A stretch of 64,000 nucleotides of DNA, from NCBI GenBank assembly GCA_964016885.1, contig OZ024743.1, positions 31,868,001 through 31,932,000 of the forward strand, in the 5' to 3' direction. Under the pieces are notes generated by a model. The model had not been told where the DNA came from and ran no database searches. It saw only the letters and a program-made list of their open reading frames with translations. The first letter of the stretch is position 1, and the number at the start of each line of letters is the position of its first letter. This stretch comes from Eledone cirrhosa (lineage: Eukaryota). The position numbers were made by a program, and so were the translations under genes. Positions 41,400 through 56,470 of the stretch are shown here, in pieces.

Positions 41400-41830
41400 T
41401 TATTTGACACGATCCCACAGGAACCCTTCGGTGAGTCCAAGTGAGAGGTGTGCCTCTCACACCAAACCGCTAACTTTGCCCAAATATGGGCCTAAATCTG
41501 GAACTCTTCGAGTTGTAGGCCTGACGTTGTCTATGTGGTCCTACATATTCCGACCTTCTCTCAGTAGCGCGATCAACCCTTAGTTCACAGAGTCAGTAAT
41601 TCTCCCGTCGCGTTGCTAGTTGATGTAGACATCCGCTAAAATGTCACCAAACAATTCTGGCAAGTTGGTATGTAATTGTAAAGCTCGTAAAGCAGATCTT
41701 CCACACTTGGTGACTTGATCATCATCTAGTATTTCTTGGGTTTTCATCGTTCCTTTGCAGCACTGCGTCTCCCATGCCGACAGTCGGAGCATGCTATCAA
41801 AGTACACACTGAAATCTCTTCTGCGATCCA
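41400..41830 (-). mobile_element. Old Tx1/L1-like ORF2 remnant
   Basis: DFSVYFDSMLRLSAWETQCCKG..PELFGDILADVY parallels DFSVYFDGLPPFSAPEAECCEK..PDLFGGLLADLY at 19160-19402. Confidence 0.65.
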
Positions 41831-41958
41831 ATGTAGCATCATCGCGCTGAGATGCGGCAAACTTTTACTTGGAACCAAGTAACTCGCACCGTTTTTGTCA
41901 GCCAAACATTGAATAGTGGCTTTGTGTAGGTCAGTTGACCATTTATTTCTAATATAGT

Positions 41959-42012
<54 letters not shown>

Positions 42013-43149
42013 TATATAGGGGATTGATGATGGATAGATATATGTGCGTATGTGTATTTTTAGTTTAATAACTAATAACAACTTTAAATGAGTACTCAAT
42101 ACATATTAATTTCCCTCGTCTGTAGATAACTTAGTTAATATCTTAGTGTTTGGCTCGGCGAAAAGCTTATTCATTACACTCAATACGAGAGAGTTTTGCC
42201 TGGATGAATAGCCATGAGCTTATAGATAGATAAATATATAAAGAGGGGGAGAGAGGTTCTTGTGGGATCTACCTATTTATCTATGTATATATATAAATAT
42301 ATGTGTGTCTATGTGTGTGCGTGTGTGTATGTGTGTATGCGTGTGTATGTGTGTGCATGTGTGTATGAGTGTGTGTATGTGTGTGCATGTGTATTTATTT
42401 CGTACCTTTTGTGTTATATTTATTGCTTAATCAAGCAATGTTTCCTCCGGCGCCAACTAAATTCTCTGGGAAGACAGGAAAATAATTGTTCATTATAAAA
42501 CATATTAGCCGACAATAAAGGATTTGATGAATCTATCTTTGCAATGCTATTGTATGTTATAATATGAAATGACAGAACATCTAGAATTTCGCATTTAACT
42601 CATTCTTGCTATTATAATCGGCAATCAAATATGCGCTTCAGATTAGAGTTGGGGTAAACATTGAAACCTAGACAGAATATAATATTCAGCTGTTATATCA
42701 TTAAGTCCTATTGTAATTCAGATTTATTCGATTCGGAAATGAGATGCTTTGCATGTAAAATCATGTAACTAGTATTAAGGGACTTGGAGAAGTACCTGGC
42801 ATTTCATTGTACTCAAATATGTGAAAATATTTGTTTGGTTAACGTGAATGTGTTAATAGCAAGTTTGGGGATTATTGTATACTGCTTTATTCAAATACCC
42901 TGCTATTGTAAAAATGATATATTATTAAAGTTGAAGATTCTCGGGCTTCTCTGATGTGTGATAGTTGTTGAGAATATTTATTTTTTGACATACAAAAACA
43001 GAAAACAGAAGCATATGTATCAGAAATATGTTTTAGTCATTAAGATCATTCGGTAAACAACAATCTTTAGCCTGTGGTTCGGTGATGTGATGAAAGGATG
43101 TGGCATCATCATACAACATTGACTTTACCATGAGAGAAACAAGGGCTTC

Positions 43150-43260
43150 AGATAGCATGGCTTAGTGGTTAGAGAGGTGGATTCGCAATCGAAAGGTTGC
43201 GAGTTCAATCCTCGGACCAGATGATGTGTTGTGTCCTTGAACAAGACACTTTATTTACCG
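43150..43260 (+). mobile_element. tRNA-derived SINE head (second family)
   Basis: A box TGGCTTAGTGG, B box GAGTTCAATCC, then tgtgtccttgaacaagacacttta core. Confidence 0.7.
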
Positions 43261-43423
43261 TCGCTACTTCTGCCGCGGGTTGCTATCTGCAGATAGCATC
43301 AAAAATAGAAAGACCAATGCAAACATTGTTTCCTTGGTTCGATTTGATGAGGTTCACTGCACTCGATAAGGGGATGAGGTCCAGGATCTTGTCGATCGAT
43401 CAGAGCGGTAACGAGATAACATT

Positions 43424-43670
43424 AAGTTAATGTTCATGAGACTTGTTTTTGTCATAGAAGATAACTGTCATTGGAATCTCCAGGTCTTTGTACTGCAATG
43501 GAATATCTGATGAGCCTACCGGAATAATTTAAAAGAAATCAGATTCGTCTATGTCACTAGATGTCATAAGGATGTATCGATTAATGCTCATAGTTGTACT
43601 TTTACTACTACAAAATGTCGGTGCTTTCAAATTCCATAGCAACATAATGGGTGCTTCCAAGTTCAGGTAT
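43424..43670 (-). mobile_element. Helitron PIF1-helicase remnant
   Basis: Translates LNLEAPIMLLWNLKAPTFC and SSDIPLQYKDLEIPM..MTKNKSH, matching the Helitron motifs G.PIMLLRNL....LCNG and PSD.PF..KR.QFP..FAMTINKSQG. Confidence 0.6.
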
Positions 43671-44057
43671 CGTTAAATAGTTAGCAGTATCTTAAATGCC
43701 AGCAATTGATTTTTGCCATCTGAATTGACCTTGTCGCTGTTTAAAGATAATAGTATTAATATCCTAAACGGTTGAAGTTCGGAATTTGACAAGGCACGTC
43801 AACAAAGTCACTCAGGGTCTCTTTGAAGAGGGAAGATAACCTTTCAGTAGCTTTCTGTGGAGGATTTTGATGCTTGCTCCACATTTTGGGTATTTTAAAA
43901 TCTCCAGTTTCAGATTGTCACTTACCCTTCCGCTGTCGATGAAAAGAATTAGATGCTAAGTACTGAATCGATTTTGTTCACTTCCCTCAAATTCCAAAGC
44001 CTTCAGTCTATATTACAAATATACTATGTACACATTGGCAGTATACATACAGATTCA

Positions 44058-44169
<112 letters not shown>

Positions 44170-44179
44170 AACCAGTAAG

Positions 44180-44273
44180 ACCCCGACAGCTGAGCTCAAG
44201 CCGTTTCGACGGCTAATTCTGGACTAAATGAACATTTATCCTGGTATTTAAATAGCCGATCTTCTCAAGGGGT
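44180..44273 (-). ncRNA. Complete family B type I hammerhead with U3-A8 core variant
   Basis: acccc TTGAGAA GA(t)CGGCTA...TAGCCGTC GAA ACGGC-ttgagctca-GCTGT C ggggt; GUC site. Confidence 0.6.
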
Positions 44274-44605
44274 AATTCCATATATGGTCAAAGTGATTGT
44301 CAAAAATCAGTAGTAATTCTGTGGTTGCAAATTAGTAGGGGAGATGGTGGCTAAACCTGCCAGTAGGAGAAAGAGGGGAGGGGGTGGAGTAGACCCAATC
44401 AAGCGTTGGTAGTGCCAGCTACAGCTGGGCATGAGGTCAAAGAAGATACAGGGGAGGGGGAGGGGGAGGAAGTCGGAACGGAGGGAAGAACAATGGGGGG
44501 TAAAAATAGGAAAGAAAAAATACTGAGAGTGAAGAAAAGCAAATAAGTGTAAAGAAAAAATTAAATTCTACGACCTAGGTGTCAGGCTATTGTTAGGCGA
44601 GAATA

Positions 44606-44640
<35 letters not shown>

Positions 44641-44684
44641 ATATTAATATTGGTCAGATATATATTGATAATGTTATTGGCCAG

Positions 44685-44880
44685 ACACTAACTGGAATAT
44701 AACGCACCAAAGTACTCGATACTTGGGGTAGTAGAGTTGGTAATATGAAAAGATTCAGGACCCTGACGGCTGAGGTCCGGCTGTTTCTGCAGCTAGAACC
44801 GAACAGTTCGGATCCAGTTCGGATCTAGCTGTCCAAACGGCCGGCCCTCGGTCGTCGGGGTCCTGAATCTTTTCATATAT
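44685..44880. repeat. Family B-related fold-back
   Basis: tatgaaaagattcaggaccc.. vs ggggtcctgaatcttttcata; tail homologous to 790-850. Confidence 0.65.
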
Positions 44881-44894
44881 ACACATATATAGAT

Positions 44895-44970
<76 letters not shown>

Positions 44971-45737
44971 TCATGTACATTCAAACTTCTGTATAACGTA
45001 GAAGGCGGATTTAAACTAAAAGTCTCCTATGTCTAAATATACTTGCATGACATCCCATTTTCAAATATTTCAAGAGACCATCCAAAAATAGAAGTGTGCA
45101 TCTAAGTACCCTGACTGTAAATGTTAGCAGACTTGGAATAGAAGTAATCCCAAACACTCACAAAATTTGATGTCTGTCCATCAGATAATAAACAACGATT
45201 CTGATTTCTTCATAGAGATGATATATATGAAAGAAGCATAATGCAGAATACAATTCACGAAGGATATATATTTGATGTTGTCATGAAGAAAGCTCTGGGA
45301 ATTTGTGCAAATACGAGTCTATAATCTGACATCTTGTGTAAACACAAACGAGTTGATGATGCTTCAGCTAATGATTTATTGTCAAATACTGTCGTCTCTT
45401 CTTGTCGACACCGAGAGAAAAATAAATAGATTAAAAATTTTAAAACAAAACCTATGATAAAACTAACATAAATTCTAATTACAGTTAGCATTAAAACCAC
45501 CAAATTCAGATATATGTCTGGGAAGCAGTTTGGTTATTGGCAGCTTTTTAAAGGATTTATAACTCTATAGCATGATAACGTTAAATCAATTTCTGTTGGA
45601 GAAGAAGAAACCTCTTTGAGCTAGGCCTAGGTTATGATGATGCTAAGGCAGTTACCAAAATTATTACTATTAAATCGAAAGAGTAACAGCAAGTACATTA
45701 CGGAGAGTTTTCTTTATATTATAGTTAATCTCCGAAG

Positions 45738-45880
45738 AGCGGTATATTAGCAGTATTGGTAGAGCGTCGAACAACATGAGTTGCAGTACATATAGATACG
45801 ACCGTTTATGTTCTGAATTCAAATCCCGTCTGGGGTGATTTTACCTTTCACCCTTAAGGGTTCGGTAGAATATAGTAACA
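45738..45880 (+). mobile_element. Degenerate SINE
   Basis: gcagtattggtagagcgtcg..ctgaattcaaatccc..cctttca, similar to the 25292 family. Confidence 0.55.
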
Positions 45881-46435
45881 GTAACGCACTACTCATCAAT
45901 GTTCAACTTCCTTTCACATTGCTGGCCATCATCAAATGTCGAAACAATTATATTAAATCTACTAAAATAGTTTCTCAAATCATTTCAACATTGTTACCAG
46001 CAGACAACACAGTTACCGAAATCCATTTATCCTCACGTGATTATTGTTTCAATCCCTAAAAATATGTATATAGATTTAATATCTTTCAAAGAGGAATAAG
46101 GTACATCTTTTAAGGAGAAAGAGTAAAAATCGATTGTATCGTTCTAAGAGTAATACCATTACTTATTGTATCCACTCACTGAAGGAATAAATCATAAGTT
46201 TGACCTTGGAATGATTGGAATTCCGATCAAAATATAACTAAATGAGAAGGACAGAAGCATCAATATTGGCGCACTACAAACCTGTCTTATTTACGACACG
46301 TCAAAGATGTTTAAATACATTGAATATAAGAAATTATTCATAAAATGTTCATGAATAATGGATATTACTTATGAAATGTTAGATGTGGTTTCTGTCTTTC
46401 TTGTAAATTAGCAGCTAGCCAGCGTACAGGCGTGT

Positions 46436-46477
<42 letters not shown>

Positions 46478-46479
<2 letters not shown>

Positions 46480-46676
46480 CGAAGGAAATGTGGTAAGGAA
46501 CCAGATGGAACATAGCGCACCAAAGTACTCAATACTTAGGGTTGTAGAGTGAGTAATAGGAACAAGTATGAACCCGACGGCAGGACTCAAGCCGTTTCGA
46601 CGGCTTATTCTGGACTGTCCAGAATTAGCCGTCGAAACGGCTTGAGCTCTGCCGTCGGGGTCATACTTGTTCCTAT
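46478..46676. repeat. Family B fold-back
   Basis: Near-perfect arms 46556-46615 and 46617-46676 around ctggac-t-gtccag, plus an ~80-bp unpaired tail. Confidence 0.8.
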
Positions 46677-46809
46677 ATATATATATAAAGAGAGAAAGAG
46701 AGAGAGACAGACATACAGAAAGACGGAGAGAGAGAGGGAAAGAGAGAGAGCGATAGAGAGAGAGCTAGAGAGAGAGAGAGAGGGAGATAGATAGAGAGAG
46801 AGAGAGAGA

Positions 46810-46914
<105 letters not shown>

Positions 46915-49900
46915 GTGTATCTGCATATATATCGAGAAAATAAAAGGAAAAAAGGATTTATTTGGCATTTTGCCCTCAATACTAGCAGAAATCTTTTGGA
47001 AACAGGTTGACATATTGCCGGTTTCGTCTACACAGTGACAAAAATAGTCGGCTAGACAGATAAATAGATGCATTGATATCAACTGCGTCTGATCTCAGGA
47101 TGTGTATGTGTGTGTATGTGTATCTATGTTTGTGTTTGTATCTATGTAGGTGTGAGGGATGTGTGTGTGAGAGAGGGGGAGAGAAAGTTAGAGCGAGAAG
47201 AGAGAGAGAGAATGATGTTCTTTTCCCTTTGGAGACGTAACTCCGACGTAAAGAGGGCTGAATCAAAGCTAAAAGGGAAATGTATGGAATGTCCAGCGGA
47301 GCAGAAACGTGATATTCTTACAATATATGTTCGGTATTTTCATAAATCACGTATGTGGTTACTATATACACATTTTGTTGAAACACCGTAGCTATATTGT
47401 AAATATATAAAGTTATTTATACAATATTCGCTTTTCAACTTTCATTTATTGCTGGTTTACGTGTTACTATGATGATCAGATCAGTTACATACATAAACAG
47501 TTATACATATATACACTGATATCACAATACAATGCAAAAAGTAAAACGGAAACAACATACACATTTCAGAATTTAATTAACACGTGACAGATGATATATA
47601 AATCTACCTCTGGTGATGATGTTTTCATAAATATATCAATTTGTCTTCTATGGACGACTATTCTTCTCATCCGGTATCCGCCAAGTTGTATAAGCCTTGA
47701 TATTAGACATGGTTCTGATTCAAATTCAAGGAAAGGGTGTAAGTTCGTGGGTTTCTTAATTTTAAAACGCCTCCTCCTTAGTTATCAATTGCAAGATATT
47801 GTGCTGTGCTTGAGAGAATTATCTCTCCTCAGTTGCCCTAGAATCTTAGTTAAAAACTATATTTGTGTGCATTGTCTCCTTCAATCTTGTATCTTTGCTC
47901 TTGAGTCCCATTTGCAATACGATTCCTATGTTCCCGACAAAATACGGTTGCTTTTCTTTATCAGCTAGTTCAGTATCTTGGGCCTCATATATATATATAT
48001 ATATTTGCTTTTAATTCAGTTGACTTCTTTGTTGCATATTTCCTTTACCTTTCAAGAGCGGGTATAAATGATATAAAAATAATAAGATTATCTGCATGCT
48101 TGAAGACTATATTCACATGTTCGGTCCATGTTCTAAAATGTCAGCTATCGTATGATTTCAGTATTTTCTATTTTCTCAAAATGTCAGTTGCATTTTTCTA
48201 TAAATACATAATAAAAGCATCAAACATTATCACGTGTATATAAAACAATTCACAAAATATTTCACATTTTCTTCTTTGATTTGTGGTGTTTCAATGTTAG
48301 CAATGTAAGAATACTAGATATTACAGTACCGTAAAGTTGGATAATCATGAAGAACGTAAATAATCACGATTAGAAAAAATCATTGTAATACACTTTTTGT
48401 TAATTACATATGCGATAAGATGCAAAATCGTACAATAAATAGTTCAGTCTAATCATAAACACATCGATAACGGCCTTACCTTCATTTTCTTTTTTTAACG
48501 TAGTAGGATTTATTTTAATTAAAATAACGAAAATTCCAACCTGAAACTTAGAGGTTTAAACCGATGCTATCAAAAGAGACGTATACGTACATGCATAAAT
48601 GTACACGCCAACATATGTAAGTTAACAAAACATATGTGAGGGAGCCTCAGTCTTCGCGAGTGATATTGTAATATTGGCAACAAGTACAAACTTTGTGGAC
48701 ATCAACCGTCGAAGTAGACTCAAATAGTTGCAATTTCTACCGACGTTACTACCATGACATAACCTTTTTCCTATAACGTGTTTATAATCGATTTCTTTCC
48801 CTTTTAGTCTTCCACCCCATCCTGTTGTGGTTAAAAACAGACAAGATTTTATTTTCTATGCATCACTTTCTTTGTGTGACCCGTAGATTAATGTATTTCA
48901 ACTGTATGTACAACAGGTTGTGTACTGGTTGTAGTACCTTGCAGTGCTATGTACTCCCGGGAGGGGGAATATTTGCTTAAATTCTTATAAACGATGGGGA
49001 GGGGGTAGAATAAATAGGGGTGTTGAGAAATCTGTAATTGTGTACGTTCGTAAATATGGGATTTCTAGTAATGTTCTTTTTTTGTCATATATAATTTGTT
49101 TTAATGTAAGATAAAATTATTATTAGATTCTCCATCTGCTGTATCGATATGAATCATTTACAATAAAATTTCGCCGGAGATAGATTAGCAAAATTTAATA
49201 AGCGGGGGTGGGAGTGGAAAAAAATCTAAAAAGTGTATAATCAGGAGGGGGGGGGCATTAGTTAAGACCTGAGAGTACGTAAGGAATGAGGGGGAAGATA
49301 CAAGCTGAGTAAAAGTATTGGAACAAAACATTGACAAATATTTTGTGCTTTATTGTTTGCTTAGGTTAGAAGAGAGGTGTAGATAGGGGTATGTGTGAGT
49401 TAAGGTTAGAAATAAAACTAGGATTTGTATATTTTCTGTAAATTAATACGTGGCTAATATCTACGAGCCTTGTTGCTGGGTTAGTAGAAGCCTCCAAATA
49501 GCAGAGGTACATTTCAATAGGAACCATCAAACATGAACCATCAGAGCGATGTGAGCACATTGAAACACCCATACACATATCAGATCTGTAATGAATTTGC
49601 AACACATGAACTATCTTATGATATTTGTAAAACCTGCGGCTCAATAATAACATATGATGTTGAACAATTTGTTTTAGATTGTTGGTCAGTGAGTTGGATT
49701 GTTACAGTGCAACGCCTTTCATTCACACGCAGCCATCATTCGATATCGTAACATCTTTGAATGATACGAATGCCTGGCCTTAACTCTTAAAGATGATTTT
49801 ATTAAATGACCACTCATAACATTATTGCTTATAGAGGATCAAACAGTTGACGAGACTGTTACGCACCTGTCAAATTTGTGCAAAATATTGTAAGCCCCTT

Positions 49901-51431
49901 GCAGGTATAAAATGCCATATTTGTTTGCAACACCCACAAGAATAAGACTGAAGTTATTTGCTAGCTATTCTGGCCGTTTATCTAGGAAAGTGATTACTCT
50001 TATTCGTATGACTTATTCCTTAATCATCATTACGACCTCGCATCTATTTGCTGGAACACAGAATCCACTTGGTTGTCGACAGTGTGTAGTAATTTCACGT
50101 TGATTAAAGGACTTCGAGCTGTTGTTTCGGCATTCTTCTAAGAAAGAAAAACTCTGAAGTGAAACCTAAAGTAATTGCTGGCCATCTTACTCTAATTGGT
50201 GATGTATTGACTTCTCTTCTGCAATGTTCACATCTGTCATTCCATCCCTCCAGCCAATGCAGAACAAGATTCTGAATTGGCACCATATAGACATTGTGTG
50301 TTTCACGAATTTGCGCCAATTAAATACCGCCACTTCCGTGGTTTCGTAACCTCAGAACATTTATGATAGGTTTGAGCAGTCATCTCTGCTAATGTCTAGT
50401 CTCTTGGAATGTTGTCAGTGACTGAAATGAGATCATGGTCTCGCCTTTTGTTGCGTGCGCACGAGATGGTGTAGAGTTGCAAGGACTATTGAGGTGATGT
50501 GTAGGCGGTTATCATCCCAACAGTATGGCAACATTCTCTGTTAATATATTTTATTCTATTCGGCTAATGATATGCATGTTGATAGGTCTAAGTTGACGTC
50601 ACGGTTGTCAGCACTAGTGCGGTTCCTGAAGTTGATAATTAGTGTGTTGATTTCCCCTAAAATCTTCTTACTTTCTAGGCCTAATTTTGATCTAGTTAGC
50701 TTTATGAGACTGCAGAATGGCCTGATGTATGTGTGTGTGTATGTGTGTGTATATATGTACGTATGTGTGTGTATACATTAGAAGCCATAAATATAGATAG
50801 GAATCAATAAAGGCTTACCCTTTTGGATATGGTTTAAAAGTTCTCAGTTGTGTGATATATGTCTGTATATCGAGTATGAATGTGAGGACTGAAATACTTA
50901 ATCATTTTATATTTGATTGCCAGTATAATCCTTAAATATTTTTCTCTTACAGTTATTGGGTATAGTAGGAGCTGCATATGTTTCACACCCCCATTCTCTT
51001 CATATATCTTCTCATAATTATACTTCGGATATGATATGACGATATTACTATATCTATCATAACCTGGAATAGAATTGCAATTTTTCTATGCTAAAATTTG
51101 TTTTTTAAGTGATACATGTGTTCCAGATCTGTCAATATTCCCCGTCTGACGGAGAAATTTACCACCTACTTTGGGGTGGGTGTGAGATGTCTTTTGAAAA
51201 TGTGCATAGATTTTGTTATGTAAACGCTACTCATATCTCCCCATTTAGGGTCACTTTCTCATGAGTATTTACAAGCTGGCAAGTCTGATGTTAATAACAA
51301 AATAACAAAATGAAAATGTTTACGTATTATACTTATAATTAATGAGATATTAATTCAAATGTTTACGTATCATAGCTCAACACATGAATATATGGAAATC
51401 TATTATTCACCACATTTCAAATGATAAATGT

Positions 51432-51534
<103 letters not shown>

Positions 51535-52403
51535 CTAATAATTTACATGTTTAATTGATTTTTCTGTAATTTCGGACACGAGGAATTACACTATGAAATA
51601 CATGTCCACATATATGACATGTTTTTGTTTCGTGTAATTAGAATTATTCCATATTCAAGCCATTAATTAACAAACTAAGTTACACAATACCTCCCGACTA
51701 ATGATCACATCATTTGTATATTTTATATTACATTAACATTTGTTAATTTGTTTCATCCAAATTAAGAATTTATGGCAGATTGTGTGGAATGTTTGTGAAA
51801 ATATAAGAGTTATTTGGTTATGTTCTTTTATAATCCATGTTCAAATCCTATCCTGCTGCATTTTTCATTGGAACGACTTAATACAAATATTGTTTGACGT
51901 CGATTACATCAATAAAATCATAGACATTGAGAAATATTTGACCAGTACGTATGCCATCCAATGACGATCTAAGAATATGTTATATGACATTGGAATAATG
52001 CCGAAGGATATGTGTATGCGGTACAACGTGCTTATTCATAATAATAGCCTATCTCTATAAAGAATAGTTCAGACTCACACGCATCCAATTTCAAAAGTTC
52101 CCAATATTCTGACGTCAACTGTACATGTATGTATATATATATACGATACATTTAAACATACATACACACACATACACATATATATATATATATATGCCTT
52201 AAATAATTCGATTGGTATTTGGTATATTGCGGCTACAACCTCGATTTATAGGTCGATAAAATAAAGCACCGGGACGGCGTAAATATCTATATATATATTT
52301 CTATTAATTACAATATTCCAATTACGTTCGCCATCCATTTTTTACTTTTTTCGAGGCTGAGAAATATAAGAGTCCATTTGCGTTCTCTCTCTATCTTTTT
52401 CCC

Positions 52404-52464
<61 letters not shown>

Positions 52465-52598
52465 AATTCGGTTCTAACAAAACCTGGCGGAGAACGTACT
52501 CCGCCAGCTACAAATTTCCCAAGGCATAACGACGTTACTACGATTTGACCAGGATTTACGGATGCATGCATGAATATGTATATTAATATATATATATA

Positions 52599-53548
52599 AT
52601 GAAAAATGGCGTGCTGGGTTGTTGCGAATGTGATATATATGAATTAAAAAATAGAGCAAGAAACCATCAGTGATCTTCTGGCCATCATAGTATTAAAGAT
52701 CAGATACCTCAGGCCAGCGCGAACAATAACTAAAATAATTTATTGGGATAAAAAGAATTGGGTGGAGAAAGAGAGACAAGAAAACATACAAGAATGGTGA
52801 GGCAACGTAAAGAGTGGAAAAATGAGAAAACAAGTCAGTGATACATGTGAACATAAGATCTAGCCAATCATTGACGAGAAGACGAAAGACGCATCCAAGC
52901 CATGCTTAATGTGAGCGAGAAAAGAATTTCACACGGGTCAGACGGGAGGAAGTGAGAGAGGGTCTATTTTTTAATTCATATGTATCACATTCGCAACAAC
53001 GCAGCACGCCATTTTTCATTCCTATATTTTTTCCCTTCGCTGTGACCTGTCTTTTTCTCTTCCCTTACTGCTATCCTCTTTCTCTCTCCACATTCTCTCC
53101 CCTTGTAACCCTTACTTTCATTCACCCCCTCTGCTAGTCACCCTCTCTCAGCTAGCCTCTACCTCACACTTTCCCTCACTCACTCTCTGCTACTCACCCT
53201 CTCTAACTTTCTCCCGTCTGACCCGTGTAAAATTCTTTTCTCGCTCACATTTCGCATGGCTTGGATGGGTCTTTCTCTTCTCGTCAATGATTCGCTAGAT
53301 CTTATGTTCACTTTTATCACTGACTTGTTTTCTTATTTTTCAACTCTTTACGTTGCCTCATCATTCTTGTTTGTTTACTTGTCTCTCTTTCTCCACCCAA
53401 TTCTTTTTATCCCAATAACTTATTTTGCTTATTGTAAGCGCTGGCCTGAGATACCTGATCTTTAATGCCAAGAAATACCTATGATGGCCAGGAGATTATT
53501 GATGATGGCTAGTCCTGGCTTCTTGCTCTACTTTTTAATTCATATATA
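52599..53548. repeat. Compound fold-back (arms ~52635-52962 and ~53196-53548; nested 52599-52655 and 52963-53020)
   Basis: For example ttgggataaaaagaattgggtggagaaagagagacaag vs its reverse complement at ~53378-53415; (TA)n flanks. Confidence 0.8.
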
Positions 53549-53862
53549 TATATATACTGACTTACACCCCACCCATGTGCACACTGGTTTTCCTATTCCT
53601 CGAACATGGAACGTCGTTCTTCCCCAAACTCTCACACTCACATCCACAGATACACACACACGCGTACATCTACACAGATAGGCACACACCACCTTCCGCT
53701 CTCCCCGCTCAGATCCCATGTCTCCGCGCTCCATCCACCCACAACCAGCCCTACACGCCTCAGACCCTTTCACCACTTGTTTCATTTTAATTTGTTTACC
53801 ACCTTTTAATGTCTTTACACCACTCCCCTCACACCCTCGGAACTCTTTTCCTTCCCACTTTT

Positions 53863-53896
53863 CTCCTGATGAAGGGCTTATGACCGAAACGTCGTC
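53863..53896 (+). ncRNA. Degenerate minimal hammerhead motif
   Basis: CTGATGA a GG-gcttatga-CC GAA ACGT C; stem I does not pair well. Confidence 0.4.
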
Positions 53897-54002
53897 CCCA
53901 ACCCCACTCTCAAGCGTGAACCTAATACTAGCTCTTTCTACGGCACTCTTGGTTATTGTTTTTGTTTTTTGTATTAACTTATATATATATACATATATAT
54001 AT

Positions 54003-54447
<445 letters not shown>

Positions 54448-54490
54448 CTCTAAAATATTAATAAATATAGACATTCATGTGATCAAATAT

Positions 54491-54554
54491 ATTTTATTAT
54501 ACATATTTCAGAGATACTGAGCTATTTCAACAGTACGTCCTCATCAGATAAAAT
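54491..54554 (-). ncRNA. Type I hammerhead ribozyme overlapping a fold-back (arms 54528-54604 and 54611-54686)
   Basis: attttat CTGATGA ggac GTACTG-..-CAGTAT ctct GAA ATATGTAT A ataaaat; AUA site. Confidence 0.6.
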
Positions 54555-54803
54555 AAGTTGATGCCTGACATAGCTTGACTATGTTGATGGTTATAATTTA
54601 GTCACTTCCATGACTAAATTATAACCATCAACATAGTCAAGGTATGTCAGGATCAACTTAATTTATCTGATGAGGACATACTGTTGCCATAATATTTTGA
54701 AGTAATATTAATAACTCCAGAAAACCTCATTGTAGAGTGCTTATAATCTATTGTGAAACTTTATTCATTGATGAATTCATTGAACCTTGTTAAAATGTTA
54801 ATC

Positions 54804-54865
<62 letters not shown>

Positions 54866-55628
54866 TATATATATAAATTGGAAAATGTGTGTAATGCTTG
54901 GTACAGTTAGGTATAAAATCCCTATATATAGAACAACACACCACATACACATCAGTTTGACAAGCGCACTTCAGCGTGAAAGGTCTTTCTAAAAACGAAA
55001 CAATACCTCCTACGTTAACCAAGAACTCCTAAGACCTAACCAACAACCAACGACTCAATTTTAAAAAAAAATTATTTTTTTATTTTTTCTAATCCGGGAA
55101 AAAAAATTATTTTTGGATTTTGTGAAGAAAATAAATTTGTTGAAAGCACAAGTGAAGCCATTTTTTTCTTCCCCCCTGTCTTAATATATATATATATATA
55201 TATACATATATAATAACAGTTTATATTCCTATGTGTAGATAATACACACAGGGATACAAGTATTTTCCAACCGTATGCCGTATGGTTAGATGGCAAGTAG
55301 AGAAATCTTTGGTCATTTGAACGGCTGCTATTTTTAGTAGCAGTACATTGACGTATCCACCTAGCCTTTGCTTTTGAACACGGTACCAGACAAAATTGTT
55401 CATGTCTCTTTCACTCTCATTCGGAAACAATTGAGTGTGGCGCCAGTTTGTGATTTGAACTCGGGAATTTCATATTCTCCGAGTGAGGAAAGCCTTCTGA
55501 CGACGATCTCTTTCTCAATGGAAAACCACTTAGATTATCTGTTTATTTCGGGATCAGAAACCGCAGTAAAGGCACATATAGTAAGTACAGTAAACTTTTG
55601 GAAATTTATTTTAAAACTTTTTCTTTAT

Positions 55629-55691
<63 letters not shown>

Positions 55692-55803
55692 ACACACACA
55701 CACACACATACACACACACACACACACACATATAAATATATATATGTATATAAATACGATTCTCGGTAATTTATATATATAAATATATATATAAAAATTA
55801 ACG

Positions 55804-55864
<61 letters not shown>

Positions 55865-56150
55865 TGAATATATGTTGGTTGTTTACCGAAACTTCAGTAT
55901 GCAGATTGGAGCACCCGACGAAGTACGCAGGTTGGTTTGGTTATGCCGGAGTAATGTAAAATAATTAAGTCCCAGTTCCGACTGCCTGAAACGGTCACAG
56001 CCAATGATGGCTCTCATCGAAATATATATAGCAGTACATCTATATATATATATATGTATATATATATATGTATATATTTAAATCAACATATGTTGATTTA
56101 AAACTGCACTATCCACAAGTGTTTTTTAACCTTCATATCATGTCTTCGTG

Positions 56151-56217
56151 TTTTATCTGATGAAAACACAAATATTATTGCATGATGATATTTGTTTTTG
56201 AAATGCGCATAATAAAA
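56151..56217 (+). ncRNA. Type I hammerhead ribozyme
   Basis: ttttat CTGATGA aaac ACAAATATtatt-gcat-gatgATATTTGT tttt GAA ATGCGCAT A ataaaa; 8-nt palindromic stem III, AUA site. Confidence 0.7.
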
Positions 56218-56256
56218 TACATGGAACTCTTTTAACCATCTTTTGTTCTTATATAT

Positions 56257-56334
<78 letters not shown>

Positions 56335-56341
<7 letters not shown>

Positions 56342-56470
56342 GACGTAAACTAAGAAAATCCTTTAAAAAAAGTTGTTTTTTTTTTAATTTTAACTTACTT
56401 ACTTAAGTAAGTTAAACATTTTTAAAAAAAACTTCTTTTAAAGGATTTTCTTATTTTACGTCTTCTATAT
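56335..56470. repeat. Fold-back hairpin next to (TA)n
   Basis: tagaagacgtaaactaagaaaatcctttaaaa vs ttttaaaggattttcttattttacgtcttcta. Confidence 0.8.

Noticed and set aside
43507-43525. CTGATGAG motif
   Set aside because: No GAAA or stems; explained as the antisense of Helitron helicase codons
45040-45503. Possible host exon or old coding fragment on the minus strand
   Set aside because: Stops in all frames, no clear splice sites and no recognisable domain
48950-49278. gtactccc..gagagtac possible MITE termini
   Set aside because: The inverted match is too short and has a single copy in the window
49840-49920. C/H-containing peptide resembling a retroelement zinc finger
   Set aside because: Too short and ambiguous between frames
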